DNA from: Gracilinanus agilis
Taxonomy: Eukaryota
Assembly (NCBI RefSeq): GCF_016433145.1
Contig: NC_058132.1
Location: 529,888,903 to 529,952,779 of the forward strand
Reading direction: 5' to 3'
Length of the DNA stretch: 63,877 nucleotides
Shown: one piece after another, positions 26,327-39,113 of the stretch
How positions within the stretch are numbered: the stretch's first letter is position 1
Layout: each line of letters starts with the position of its first letter
Made by a program: the position numbers and the translations under genes
The notes under the pieces: generated by a model
What the model was told of the DNA's origin: nothing
What the model saw: the letters and a program-made list of their open reading frames with translations, nothing else
The model's database searches: none

Positions 26327-27509
26327 GTAAGCTTAAATTATTTTGGGGTCTTCTGTTGACTTTATCCCCCCCATTGAAACAAAAAGCAGAAGCTTCTTTC
26401 TAGAAAGCAAAGGTTAACTAGTTATATCCACTATTGGGAACAAATCATTTAATTGATGTCTCAATGTCATTATGGCCTAATTATTGTAAAGAATGTTGGT
26501 ATCACCTAGCCCGCCCTGCCATAGAGTAGTGGGAACCAAATACATTTTCTTTTTTTTTTTTTTTTAAGAAATTAGTCTTTAATGCCCAATGAACATAGTT
26601 TTTAAATTTCAAAATTATAATGTAACAATTAATGCAATCTGTTGAGATAAAAATCTTTAGCTATGAAGTAAAGTTCATTTGAATAATTATTACTCCTTAC
26701 ATATGAAAAAACCAAATGAGATTGGAATTTGGTATTCCAAAAATCTAAGGAGACTATGATGCTGCTGAGAATAGCATGTATTTATTAATTGCTTATTTTG
26801 TTTCCCACAACTGTGCTAGGGGCTGGAGATATAAAGGCAGAAAGGAAACATATCAATGCCCTGAGGGCTACAGTGGGAAATTATTCCTAAATATTCAAAA
26901 TAAATCATATGGTTCCTTTCCCAAATACATTTTTAAGATGTTTTAAGTTCCAATATGGTGGTCTTCTAGAAAACTTGGAGAAGGATCATTTCAAACATCT
27001 AGACACATCTATTCATCCAGAGAAATAATATTCTCAAAAAAGTTTTGTCTCAAATCATAGATATGATTTACAATCTACTTTCTTGTGTTAATCCTTTCTT
27101 TTGCCCATATTTCCAAATGTTTTAAGAACCATATTAAAATCTCAGTTGAGTAATGCCGTGATATCAAATGTTTATTATCTTCACAGCAGATCTCTACTAT
27201 TGAACATAGGGATAGGGCCTGGACCTGTGGTTTCATTGGTACTCCTAGATGAAGAAACTCTGCAAATTTTTTGAATTGTCTAGGACACTGAGAGTTAAGT
27301 GGCTTGCCCAGAGTCACACAGTGTCAGAGCCAGGACTAGAACCCAGGTCTTCCTGGCTCCAAGGCAAGTTCACTATCCATAATGCCATACTACTACTTCT
27401 CCTTGTTAGTTGTAACACCATTAAAAGCATAACTGCATCACACTTTCTTTTAAAAAAACTTGAATTTTTGGACTGTGATGCTGAGGGGAGAAATGCCTGC
27501 ATTATCCAA

Positions 27510-27930
27510 AACCAGCCAATTTAAATTGTAGAAGAGGATCAATGACATGGCTTTGGGGTCATGGTTCAGTGGGTTTGACTATGGCTGATCAGGCTAGCTC
27601 CAGAATCTCTAACACAAATTGGGCACAAATAGTCTGTTTGAACATTTGGGATGACCATGTCTCTAAATTTGCACATCTCATGTTTCCTTTGGGCTATTGT
27701 GATTCTGCTTCGCTCATGGAGCACAGTGCCATGTTGGGTGATCCCATGCCAGTGCTCCGACGTCTCATAATTGATACTAAAGTTCTTCAGAGAGACCTTG
27801 AGATGTCCTCATACCTCTTTCTGACCTTGATGTGAGCACTTGCCTTGTGGAAATTCTCTGTAAAACAGTCTTTTAGTAAACATACATTTGGGCTACGTGG
27901 CCAGCTTATCCAAGTTGTACTCTCTGCAAC
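27510..27930 (-). mobile_element. RTE LINE ORF C-terminal fragment
   Basis: Degenerate antisense translation (KRLFYREFPQGKCSH..VSLKNF..DYLCPIC..LISHSQTH) matches the RTE C-terminal zinc-finger region. Confidence 0.85.
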
Positions 27931-28370
27931 CTCCACTTAAATAGTTTATATAAGGATGTAGAAAATGCATCTGTGACCTTCTCACTGACACTGATGCTTT
28001 TAAAAGAACTATCTACCACAGCATTTTATTCACATCAAATCTTTTTTGTCTCCTTTGGTCATCAGGTGAAGCCTATGGATCCTCTTAGAATAATGTTTTT
28101 TAAGTGCATAAAATAAGATTAAAAGGGAACAAGTTATTTTGAAATATAGTTATCAGAATATTTTAAAATCAAATTCATAGACCTCAGGTTAAGAACTTCT
28201 TTGGGCAAATAATTTATCACTATTTTTATGATGTCCTCATTTGAGAGTTCCCAGTCACTAATGAAATCACAGGTCCAGTGTGTCCCCTGGTTCCTTACAG
28301 AGCTATGTGTAAAATATGAAGACATTGTGAGATTTCATAGAATTAAATCATTTGACCTTTCCTCCTGTAG

Positions 28371-28569
28371 GGTGTACGTGGTATTCCCACCGAGCAGTTG
28401 AATCGAGTGCTATATGCAATTGAAACTGCAAGGCAAGAGAAGGGAAAGCAAGTGCCCAACATGCAAGAAATTAGAGACTTTTTGGAATATCAAGTCAGCT
28501 GCAAGATTGAGGAAAGAACATCAGCGAATTCAAACAGACTTGGTGTCAACTCTTCTTTAATTATTTCAG
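28371..28569 (+). CDS. DZIP1: DZIP1 coding exon (199 nt): GVRGIPTEQLNRVLYAIETARQEKGKQVPNMQEIRDFLEYQVSCKIEERTSANSNRLGVNSSLIIS
   Basis: cctgtag| acceptor and |gtagga donor. Matches recalled human DIRGISSDQLHRVLKSVESERHKQEREIPNFHQIREFLEHQVSCKIEEK. Confidence 0.95.
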
Positions 28570-28842
28570 GTAGGAAGATCAATACTTAATGGATATTTAG
28601 GAATTATGACACCTAAATAAAAGATATGACTACTAAATTATAGCATCCTTGAATCTAGGGTTGTTTTTTAACTTCATTTCCCTCCCCTGCCTCCCAAACA
28701 AAATAGTGATCTAAAATGAGAGTACTAGATGGCTTCAGCAGTTATATAAACTACATTGGATCCATGTAATTAAAAAAAAAAAGTTGTGGTCAAACCCTAT
28801 AAAGAAACTGCTATTTGAACAATATTCCTACTTCAATTCCAG

Positions 28843-28969
28843 ATAAGCCTAGCACGACCCTGTTGGAAATGTCATCTGGAGAGGTACCTAGAGTGACAAA
28901 ATCATCTTCAAAAACTAAGCATCTAGTCAGACAAAAACCTGTTCCTGCTGAGAGGATACATATACCAAA
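28843..28969 (+). CDS. DZIP1: DZIP1 coding exon (127 nt): (D)KPSTTLLEMSSGEVPRVTKSSSKTKHLVRQKPVPAERIHIP(K)
   Basis: ttccag| acceptor and |gtgtgt donor, with phases compatible on both sides. Matches recalled human GEVPKMIQLPSKNRQLIRQKAVSTDRTSVPK. Confidence 0.88.
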
Positions 28970-29319
28970 GTGTGTATTATTTTTAAGATTTATAATTTTA
29001 TTATATTTTTAGCAATTAACTTTTATTTTAAAGATGTAATTAAACATAAGCTTTTTTTGCTCAACCTTTGATGAAACAAGTCAATGTGTGTATTTTTACT
29101 TCTTTCAAAAATCTTAACTTTATTAACATCTGGCTCAACTGATTATCTTACTGCTTTTAAATAGAATTTTCAGTGAATGACAAAAGGGTTCACTGACATT
29201 TCATAATGCTGTTTCTAGTTGTAAGAAAATGAATACCCCATTGCTACAACAAGTTATAATGTTAAAATGTATTGTTCACTGGTGAATAGTCCAGGAATAA
29301 TTTATATCATTTCTTTTAG

Positions 29320-29370
29320 AACCAAGAAAAATATTGTAGATCATTTTCCTAAAAAGACTTCAAGTGTTTC
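29320..29370 (+). CDS. DZIP1: DZIP1 coding exon (51 nt, phase 2-2): TKKNIVDHFPKKTSSV(S)
   Basis: cttttag| acceptor and |gtaagt donor. Matches recalled human IKKNVMEDPFPRKSSTIT. Confidence 0.9.
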
Positions 29371-30259
29371 GTAAGTTATATTTTTATTATTTATTTTCAT
29401 TTTATTCCTTTAAAAAAATGAGATATTGCTGCTTTTCTAAGTCTTTCTTTTCAACTGCCCTTTCATTACAAATCAGTAGCCTCTGGTGGGTAATTAAATT
29501 CATATGTATTATTTTTAAGATCCTTATTTTTTTCAATATGTAATGTCTTATATATAGTTTTTGCTGGTGTTCCCAGTAGCTTAAAAACCAAAGATTGGGA
29601 CTGTTATGGCACAAGTTTCACTTATATAAAGTTTTAGTCTTTTGGCTACAAATAGTTAAAAATTAAGTTACTTTGTTTCTTATTAGATGATCTTCTAAAA
29701 TATGAAAAATTAAGATTTAAACCAATTAACTTTATCAGAATAATTTTAGCATGATTTATGCTTTATTTTTGGTGTACAATACTTTATAATACTTCTTTAT
29801 ATAAATAGTAATTCTTTTTAGAAATCTGATTTATCCCAGCTAGAATTTTGTTCTAATTATATATCAGTCAAAAAAAAGCAAAAATCCCATACAGATGGGG
29901 AATTAGGGAACAAATTCTTAGATTTTCCAAGACTACCTTTTTGCACATTTTTCAAATGATATTGCTACCTAGACTTTTCTGCAGGACTTTGCATTAGAAG
30001 GAGGACTTTAGATGACATTTTGTCCCTAAAGTCAGAATTAGCTCTTCAGATCTCCCCAACAAGTACACATTTCACTTCTGCCTGAATACTTCTCATGAAT
30101 GGGAGCTCACGTTCTCATGAAACAGAGTCCATCCCATTTTGGAACATCTGTAATTGTTAGGAAGTTCTTTCTTATCTTGAGCCAAAAATCCGGCTCTTAT
30201 GTAATGTGAACCCATTGGCTCTGGAAAGCTTTGGTGAAGGGAAAGAAGCCACTATTCCA

Positions 30260-30740
30260 GATTTGTTCATACCACTTATGGGACTAGATAAACATGCCAT
30301 TGCTTTTCTTCATTGTAAAATTGAGGACACAGACAGTAACTTGGGATTAAAGTAGATGATAAACTGAAAGGAGCAGAACCAGGAGAACAATTTGCACAGT
30401 AACATCAATATTGTAAAGATAATCAACTGTGAAAAACTTAGTAACCCTGATATATGGTGATCTGCCACAGCTCTAAAGAACTCATGATGAAAATAAAATA
30501 CACTAGCCATCTTCAAATCTAGGGAACTGATGGATTCAGAGTGCAAATTGAAGTACCACTTATTCTTTCTTTTTTCTTTTTCTTTCTTTTTTTTTTGGAC
30601 ATGGCTAATGTGGAAATTTGTTTTGCATGACTACACATATTTGCAAAGGGGTTTGTTTATTTTGTCTTCTCAATAGATGGGAAAAGGGAGAAAGGAGGGA
30701 GAGAATGCAGATGTAAAAATAAAATAAAGTTGAGTCATTG
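30260..30740 (+). mobile_element. Marsupial L1 3' end
   Basis: gaaaggagcagaaccaggagaacaatt..ttgcatgactacacatatttg..aaaataaaataaa tail. Confidence 0.8.
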
Positions 30741-30953
30741 GGGGAGAAAAAAAGAAATGTACTCTACTCCCCTTGTCACTTATGTATATCCTGAATCACA
30801 TTGCTTTCTTACAGTCACTTTCTAAGTAGCCAGATTTGCTGTTTTGTATCTAAATCAATTGAAAAAGTAAAGATTTAAATACACATACAATGATTCATAT
30901 TAAAATTTAACAAATTATAACCCCATGTTTTTCTATTGATTTGCAATACTTAG

Positions 30954-31147
30954 GACTCCTCCCTTTAGTTCTGAGGATGAGTTAGATGAGGATGGCATCA
31001 TGCAGTCCTTTGTATCACCAGAATTACTTCACATACCATCTGCAGAGAGCCTCCCTACTTTTGGAAATGATGCTGCCAAAAGTGACACTGATTGGACTGA
31101 AGGAAGTGAAATTGAAGATAACGAAGTTCCTCCAAAGCCTGTAGAAG
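30954..31147 (+). CDS. DZIP1: DZIP1 coding exon (194 nt): TPPFSSEDELDEDGIMQSFVSPELLHIPSAESLPTFGNDAAKSDTDWTEGSEIEDNEVPPKPVE
   Basis: acttag| acceptor. Matches recalled human TPPFSSEEEQEDDD...KSDADGTEGSEIED. The donor AAG|gttttc is weak but is the phase-compatible GT here. Confidence 0.88.
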
Positions 31148-32039
31148 GTTTTCTAGACCTTTTTTTTTTTTGCTTAAAACAAATGATTTATTAAATATTA
31201 TTGATAAGAATTTTATCAACTTGCTTCTAATCACCATTAACTGAGATTCTTGAACCTATGTTTTATAAAGATTTATATTAAAGAAGTGGAAAGTGATTTT
31301 TGTAGTTTGACATACAGACAAAAATTTTTCTAAAATGAAAAAGCAAAAAAAGCTGTTCCTAGCAACTATTAACTTCAACCCACCTTATACTTTGATGATA
31401 CATTTCAATAAAATCTTTAATGTTCTGTGGCGGATTAGAATTTTTAAAAGTAGGACTAATTGCTGTACACTGTTGGACTTGCAAGTTTGACAAATGGTCA
31501 AAAGCTATAGTAATAATACCCATGAGAGAGTGACCAGACTGTAGAGCAGCTCTCATTCATATCCCTGACCTTCTGAGTGGTTCCAAAATCCTTTCAGATT
31601 ATCCTGGGTGTACTAGACAGTAATGAAAAGACTTCAGAGTATTAGTATAGAGTATAACTATTGCAGGAGATTTAGGAGCTTTACTGTTTTGTTTTTTCAT
31701 AAACCCTTACCTTCTCTCTTAGAACCAATACATAGAACAAAAACATTAAAAAAAAATACAATTTTAATTCTGACCAGTGCAGCTATAGGCCCTCTCCTTT
31801 CCACTGTTCTGCTGGCATTAAACATGATGGTATGACATCTTTAGGGTAAAAAGAAAATGACACAGAGAGATACATAACATTATGATACAAATGATAAATT
31901 ATATTTATACAGTAAATAGTGTCGATAGATTCAAAAGTTTGGTAAATCTTTCAGTTGTAACACTTGTAAAAAGTAAATAAGTTTTGTGTGAAATTCCTCT
32001 TGTGAAAAATAAATCATATAATTGTTCCACAATCAATAC

Positions 32040-32200
32040 ATAATATTGGTTCTAAGACAGAAGAGCAATAAGGTCCTGGCAATGTGGATTAAGTGCCTTA
32101 CCCAGTGTCACACAGCTAGGAAGTGTGTGAGGCCAGATTTGAATCCAGGACCTCCCATCTTAGGCCCTAGTTCTCTATCCACTGAACCACCTAGCTGCCT
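32040..32200 (-). mobile_element. Mdo/MAR1-type CORE-SINE
   Basis: attggttctaagacagaagag..gtcacacagctaggaagtgtgtgaggccagatttgaatcc. Confidence 0.85.
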
Positions 32201-33059
32201 CCAGGAATTTTAGTTTTAAATTGAAGAGGATCACAGACTTAGAGCCAGAAATAAGATTATTCAGTCCATTATTCCCATTTTATAGAAGGGGAATCCAAAG
32301 GTGAAAATGATAAAGTGACTTGCTCTGTATCTCACAGGTAATGACAGAGTTGGAATTAAATCTCAGATTTTGGGATTCCTAATCCAATTCCCTTTTTAAT
32401 ATCTCATATTGTTTTGAGGCTGGATCAGTCTCCAAAGACCTCTAAAGCTCTTCTGTGGATAATCCTGTCTTTTAACGTCTAAGATCCCAACTGAAAGGTT
32501 TGGCTACTCAAAGGAGAACTGATTTTTCTACGCAAGATCCCTCTCATTTGGATTGTGTAATTTTCATATGCTTTAGTTCTCTGGCCCAGAAGTCTGGGCC
32601 AGGACCAGACTAAGGAATGAATGATTTGTAGCATGTTTATTGGTGCTTATTCCAGGAATATTAATGAATTGTTTATGACCCTCTTCATTAATAATGGACC
32701 AGCTCCTCAATGGAAAAACAATGAAAGGTTATAATATACAAGAAGGGACCCTAAAATGTCACACCATTGATGTTCATTCCTCATTCATTCAGTAGATATG
32801 AATTAAATATGAATTAAGCCTTTAGTATGTAAAAGGAAATTCAGTAGGCATTGCTACCTATGAGATGCTGAGCAAGTCACTCTTCAGTCTCACCTTTGGT
32901 TTCCCCTTCAGTAAAAGAGGATATTGGAAAAGAAGATCTGTAAAATAGGATATTGGATTAGAGGTACACACACAGACACACAGACTCACAACAAATGTTA
33001 AATGCCATAAGAATGTTAGAAGTGCTACAAGAAAGAAATATAGACACAGAAAGAACATT

Positions 33060-34200
33060 TCTGGCAGAGTAAGGGATGCAGGAGAGGGGGAAAATTAAGG
33101 AAGATTTCTTAGAATGGTAGCCTTAATGATTGGAAAGGATATTAATAAGCTACTAAGTCAGGGAGAGCACACCAATCAGAGAAGCCATCAAGACCCTCAA
33201 CCCCATAATGGCAAGAGTCCTTGCTTGATTAAACTTTTTCTTTCCCCTTGCATCTAGTATGGTGCTTGGCACCCAATAGGCATTTAATAAATATGTCTTG
33301 AATGAATGTTGAATTAGTTCAGGTGTGGCCTGGGAAAATGCAAAGCATCTCAGGAGTGGCTTATGGTCCATAAAGTATGTATAAGGGAGGAGAACCTATA
33401 GTACTACACTAGAAATACTATGCTTATACTATAATAGAAATAATTTACCATGAAATAATGATTGAAGTCATGAAAGCCATAAGATAATCAAAGGAAGAAA
33501 TGTACAGGGAAAATAAAACTGAAGTGTCCAAGGATAGAATCTTGAAGAATGCCTGAACTTAGGGAGTGGAAATTTAAAAAGGAATTTAGTAAACGAGACC
33601 CCCAAAAAGGGGCTAAAGAGAAAGAAGAAAAAAGAAGATAGGGTCATCTTTTAGAAACTTCAAGGAGAATTTCAGGGAAGCAATCGTGTCAGCTACAAGA
33701 GAGAAATCAAATGGGCTAATACCATTGGATGCTTCCATGAGTAGCCTTTAAGAACATAATTTCGGTACATGGGTAGGAGTAGAAAGTCAGATTTCAAGGG
33801 GGAAAGAGTAAAAGAAAAAGAAAAGATTCGACTTTTAAGAAAGTTTGCCAGTGAAGCAAGAACTTAACTGGACATTAGGTTAGGGTATAGTACATAGTAG
33901 GAAGACTATTTGGAAGAAGCGTATTTATAGGCAATGGAAGTTAGAGAATTCAGAAGGTGTCAGACAAAGAAGAAAACTGAAGGAACAAGATCTTAGAGTA
34001 GGTAGGGAGAATAAGATTAAAAAGCCCAGGTTGAAAGATTAGCCTTGGAAGGAAGGAAGAGTATTTTTTTCTCGAGAGAAGACGATAGATGAACATAGAA
34101 AAACTTTGAGGTGAAGAACATCAAAGTTAGGGAAGTTGATGTCATCGAGCCTTCATCTTCTCAAAGTAATAAATAAGGCTCTCTATTGATAATGAGGGAT
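33060..34200 (-). mobile_element. Degraded L2 (purine-rich antisense stretch)
   Basis: Long A/G-rich tract with motifs such as attagccttggaaggaaggaagag and gagggatttggcag, typical of antisense L2. Confidence 0.55.
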
Positions 34201-34258
34201 TTGGCAGTGTTGAAGAGAAAGAATAGGCTTGGGTTTACACATTCTAACTTTTTATAAA

Positions 34259-34335
34259 TACAGATGTGCCCTTAGTCCAAGTCTTCAAACTTTAAAAAGC
34301 TTAAAATTGTACAAAGACTTTGGAAACATCCTGTA
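34259..34335. mobile_element. Short palindromic mariner-type MITE (MADE-like), decayed
   Basis: ta-cagatgtgcc...aagactttggaaacatcctg-ta with TA ends and central tttaaaaagcttaaaa symmetry. Confidence 0.55.
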
Positions 34336-34627
34336 TTTTTTTCATGTAAATTAAATTTCTTTATTTAAAAATTATTGACCAGATTCATTTTGCAAACTTC
34401 TTTAAAAAATAAAGTTCTTAATTGTAAAGCATATACTTAGCAGGACACAGAAATGTTTTGTGTTTTTTTCTTTTCATTAAAATATGCTTAACTGATTTCA
34501 TTTTATTAATATTGATGAAATATAGGCTTTCTCAAAGCATTTTGGTCATAAGATTGTTATAATTTAACCAAAGACAGATAAAACTTGTTTGAAGACTCCA
34601 GCTGACTAACTTTTATTGGTTATATAG

Positions 34628-34761
34628 GTACCTGCATTAAGTTGCTAACTGAAAAAGTTGAAAAGACGCCCTCAAATCACAAAAATGTGAATAATCCAGT
34701 TAGTGGAGTTAATGTTACTGAGGCATTTACCAAAAAAGAAGAATTACAAGAAGAATTAAAG
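34628..34761 (+). CDS. DZIP1: DZIP1 coding exon (134 nt): (G)TCIKLLTEKVEKTPSNHKNVNNPVSGVNVTEAFTKKEELQEELK
   Basis: tatatag| acceptor and |gtagag donor. Matches recalled human TPTEKVEKMFPHRKNVNKPVGGTNVPEMFIKKEELQELK. Confidence 0.92.
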
Positions 34762-36559
34762 GTAGAGTCCCCCCTCTTTTTTACATAAACTTTTCTTTAA
34801 GAGTTTCTATTTCTTCTAGACCATAAAAATTGGAGTTGGAGATCTGCCCGTGTTAGACTATTAGTCTTAACAGAATACTGATTCTCACTATTCAGCTATT
34901 GTTTTGCACTAAAGGGAGAAAAAAAAAACTGTGGAGAATTGCTTCAAGAGGCCCAGCAGAATGAATCTGATTTAAGGGTCTAAAGCTGAGCTCCTTTAAT
35001 TACATTAGGCAGAAAGGCAATTAAACTTTAAAAACCAGGTGTTCTCTTGGAGTTGTCTTTAGGTTGTTCTTTATTTCTGGAGAGAAAGCATAAACGTGTT
35101 GTCCATTTCTGGACATAGCTAATCAGTGTTCTATGTGCTCCAATAATTTAATAAGATTTCATCATTATCATTGTTTTTGTTCATTGATTTTTATTTTCTT
35201 TTTAATTAATATTTAATATTTTTGTTAATCAATTTTATTTAATTATATTTTATTTTCATACCTTTCCTTCAATGAAGTAGTTGTATCCTAATAATAAGTT
35301 CACATTCAAAAATGCTTTGCATATTCTCCATCATTAGATTCTCTCAATAGCCTTAGGAAGCAGGGGATCTTAATTATCTTCATTTTATAGATGAGGAAAC
35401 TGTGGCCAAAATTGGTTGAGGATAAGTGAGGAGACTAACCCTGAGACTTGTCCAAGGTCACACAGCTAGTAAGTTTCTGAATCAATCAATTATTAAAAAT
35501 TTATTAAGCACTTACTATGGGCCAGGACCAATGCTAAGGGTTGGGGATACAAAGAAGACAGTTCTTGCCTTGCAGAAGCTTACAGTCAATTGGGCAGGAT
35601 TTAAACCTAAGTCTTTCTGACTAGGAAGTGACTTGGATTCCAAACGACTTTGCCAATGGGATGTAAAGTCTGGAAGGTTCCATAAAACTGGAAAGGTTTT
35701 GAATATGGGCTTGGCAGGAGATTGTATGCCTGTGACCAGAGGACTGGTTTAGCTAGATTCAGAGAGGCTTATCGCCAGGTAGACTACAGCACATTTGTCA
35801 AACCCATGGCCATATTACTGCCTGCCAGGAGTGTGGCCTGAGCCAGAAATATTCAACACAATTTTAAAAAATACAGCAGAACAGATAATTTTACTATGTG
35901 GCTTTCCAAGTCAATATGTAGACAGGAATCCTGATGTACAGTTTAGTACCCCTCCCCATTTCTATTTAAGTTTTATGCCATCGCACTACAATTTTTTTTT
36001 TTACTAAATTGTTGGAGGGAGATGGTCTGTATCTGTAGAGAGGGTACCCATGCCCACAGCTAACATAGATCTTCAGATATTAAAATCTGTTAACTCTAAA
36101 ACTTGAAACATCTTTCTAAGTGATTTTTCTTTCTCAGCATTCTATTTTCCCTATAAAAGTTTAATACTTTATTTAACACAGTTAAATAGTATGTCACTTT
36201 ATTTAGTCAGAGAGTTCAAATTAAATTTTTCTTTTAGATTCAACTTCTCAGGTACAGTTTTTTCCCCTTTTCATATCTGATTGCTACAGTATTCTTTAAT
36301 GATTAATTATCAGGTTTTAAATGTCTGGCACTCTAAAGAACATGGAGAAATTTATATAGTCCAGGGCATAACTGATTGCTCTCAATTTCACATCCTTTTA
36401 TTTCATATAATCCATATATATTTTTCTTTTCATTAATATAGTATTGGTAAACAGTAGCCCTTTACATTAGAAAATATGTATTATATGTATCCATTATGTC
36501 CTCTCCATCTAAATTAATTTTCTCAGTTCCCAAACTGTCCAAGGGAAGGTCCCCTAACC

Positions 36560-37660
36560 CCAATTTTAGCCAATTTGAAAGTTCTTCACCCTGATCCACA
36601 ACCTGCTTTGCTACTCCATCTCATCATCCCACACATCCAAGTTTCCACATATCTGAACCAAAATTCATTTATTTCTCTCCCAACATCTCTCCTACAGATC
36701 TCCTTTTCAGAATTCACTGCCATAATTCTCAGGCACTCATCATCACTCACCAGAACTTCATCAGAACTATTGATTGCAGTAAACCTTTCCTTGGTTTCCC
36801 AGTCTCAAATCTCTTTCCACTCTAATCCCTCTTCCACTTAGCTGCCAAAACAATTTTCCCAAAGGGTAGAGCCAACCATGTCACCCTATGTCATCCAAGA
36901 GCTCCTTGTTACCTCCAAGCTCAATATAAAGTCCTTCATTGGCATTTAAAGTTCTTTATTTCTTTCTTTCCTTATCTTTTTTCCCCTTAAATTCCCTTCA
37001 AAGGCTAAGGTCTGGCCATTCTGACCTACATATTATTCCTTCCTGAGATACTTTCTGTGCTTTTGTACTATCTAAATTCCCTTTGCCTGGCACGCTCTCC
37101 TAACTTACAACCAAATCTTAGCTTCCTTAAAATACTGGACTTGAAGGCTACCTTCTCTGGGGGACGTTTTCTGGTCCTCTTTTCCCCTCTGTTTTCACCT
37201 CAATCCTAGTGTCATCCCCTCTGAGGTGTGACCTCTTACTTATTCTCTCTTATCTTATATGTTCTAATTTATGCATCTTCTCTTCCCTCCAAGCTATGTA
37301 ACTTCCTTGAGAATGTTAGTTGTTTTCGATCATGTCCAACTCTTCATGACCCCATTTGGGGTTTTCTTGGCAGAGCTACTGGAGTGGTTTGCCATTTCCT
37401 TCTCCAGTCCATTTTACTGGTGAGAAAACTGAGGCAAACTGGATTATGAATGATTTGCCCACAACCACATGGCTAGTAAGTGTCTGAAGTCAGATTTGAA
37501 CCCAGGAAGATGAGTCTTCCTGACTCCAGGTCCAGTGCTCTATCCACGGTAATAACCAGCTATCCTTCCTTGAGGAGAGAGAATGTCTTTTCTTTTTCTT
37601 TGTATCCCCTGTGCTTAGTATAAGATCTGGCACATAGTAAATGCTGAATATCTGCTTATT
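36560..37660 (+). mobile_element. L2 fragment interrupted by an antisense MAR1 SINE (about 37315-37565)
   Basis: The L2 3' end (gtaacttccttgag...atctggcacatagtaaatgctgaat) is split by a MAR1 copy with a gaccccatttggggttttcttggc tail. Confidence 0.8.
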
Positions 37661-38007
37661 GATATCTATCCTTTTTTTAGTTTAAATTCTTCATTTGTCC
37701 AGTTGAGCCAATTGTTCTATTTTGAAAAGACTTGGTAGGTTTTTTTGCCATGCTAATAAGTTAGATGCCATTGTAATTAAACTCACTTGCCTAAAAGTTG
37801 GTAATATTTAGCTTTCCTTTGACATATATAGTTCACACATGTTAAAAAATGTTTTGTCTGAAGTGATGGACCCAGTGGAAAATTCTTGACCCTAATAATA
37901 GGTAGAAAATGATAATGGAATCAGAATGCTATCCTATTGATAAAGCTCTTCAAAAATGACATTGTTCCTGCAAAATAAACCATTTTTTTCTTTTTTTTTT
38001 TTTTTAG

Positions 38008-38182
38008 TGTGCAGATGTAGATGATGATGACTGGGACATATCATCCTTGGAGGAGGAAAAATCTTTGAGAAAAAATGCTGTCAAAAAGCCAAGTGGGACT
38101 GCACTTATAAAAATTGAATCCAATACCACTCACGTTACAAGTGCCTGGGGTGCATATGCACCCAAAGCTCCCAAAGCGGAAG
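38008..38182 (+). CDS. DZIP1: DZIP1 penultimate coding exon (175 nt): CADVDDDDWDISSLEEEKSLRKNAVKKPSGTALIKIESNTTHVTSAWGAYAPKAPKAE
   Basis: Long T tract plus ag| acceptor and |gtcagc donor. Matches recalled human CADVEDEDWDISSLEEE...AWGAFNPKGPKGEG. Confidence 0.95.
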
Positions 38183-38599
38183 GTCAGCTACATTATTTCT
38201 ATTGTTGAAATATGAGCAAAACTCTTATTTTGTCTTTAAAACATAAAGGATTCAGATACATATAATAAGAATCCATCAATCAATTTAAAAAAATCAGAAC
38301 TTATACTTTGTTTACATTGAATATAGTCCAGGGTATCAGTTATGCTTTGTCAAATTGTTTTAAATTTTGGTGTATACTATCTTTAAAAATTTTAATATGC
38401 TACGTTCTGTAAAAAAAAAAAACTAGAGAAGAGTTCAGAAAATGCTGTTATAAGATGTGTCCACACCCATATAGCCTTCCTTTATGTAGCTGATGGTATT
38501 TACCTTTTGTGGACTGAGGGGCAAACACTAGAAGCCACGTTACTACCTTACCCTCTCCTATGTAAGTTGCCCTGGACCAGGGATCTTTCTTTTTTTTTT

Positions 38600-38790
38600 T
38601 TTTAAACACTTAACCTTATCTTAGAATCAATACTGTACATTGGTTCCAAGGCAGAAGAGTGGTAAGGGCTAGGCATTGGGGGTTTAGTGACTTGTTCAGC
38701 TAGGAAGTGTCTGAGGTTACACTTGAACACAGGACCTCCTGTCTCTAGACGTAGCTCTCAATCCACTGAACTACCTTGCTGTCCCCAGAT
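38600..38790 (-). mobile_element. Mdo/MAR1-type CORE-SINE
   Basis: Poly-T tail, ttagaatcaatactgtacattggttccaaggcagaagagtgg body. Confidence 0.85.
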
Positions 38791-39113
38791 CTGATCATTT
38801 CCTGACACTCACTCCTTTACACTCCCCTATAAAGTCGTTGAGGCCATCCTTGCACTGGAACTCACTGAAGCTTAACTTCTTTCATTGTTTACAAGTTGTG
38901 TTGATCAAATATGTCTCCATCAAACCAGAAGGCAGGTTCACCAGTTATCTCTGAGACTGACTACTCTTTCTTAAGTGGGTCTAGGGAAGAGCAGGCTTGA
39001 CTACACACACGCCTGGTTTTTCTTTTCCCATTTGGCCCTGAAGCATCTTAGCCCCTTATACTTAACCTATAGCCTGGTTTTTGTAAATAGTGTTTTATTT
39101 TTATAGTATTTTA

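Noticed and set aside
32581-32602. Short near-perfect palindrome ctggcccaga-ag-tctgggccag
   Set aside because: 10-bp arms are plausible by chance in 64 kb, and there is no other support.
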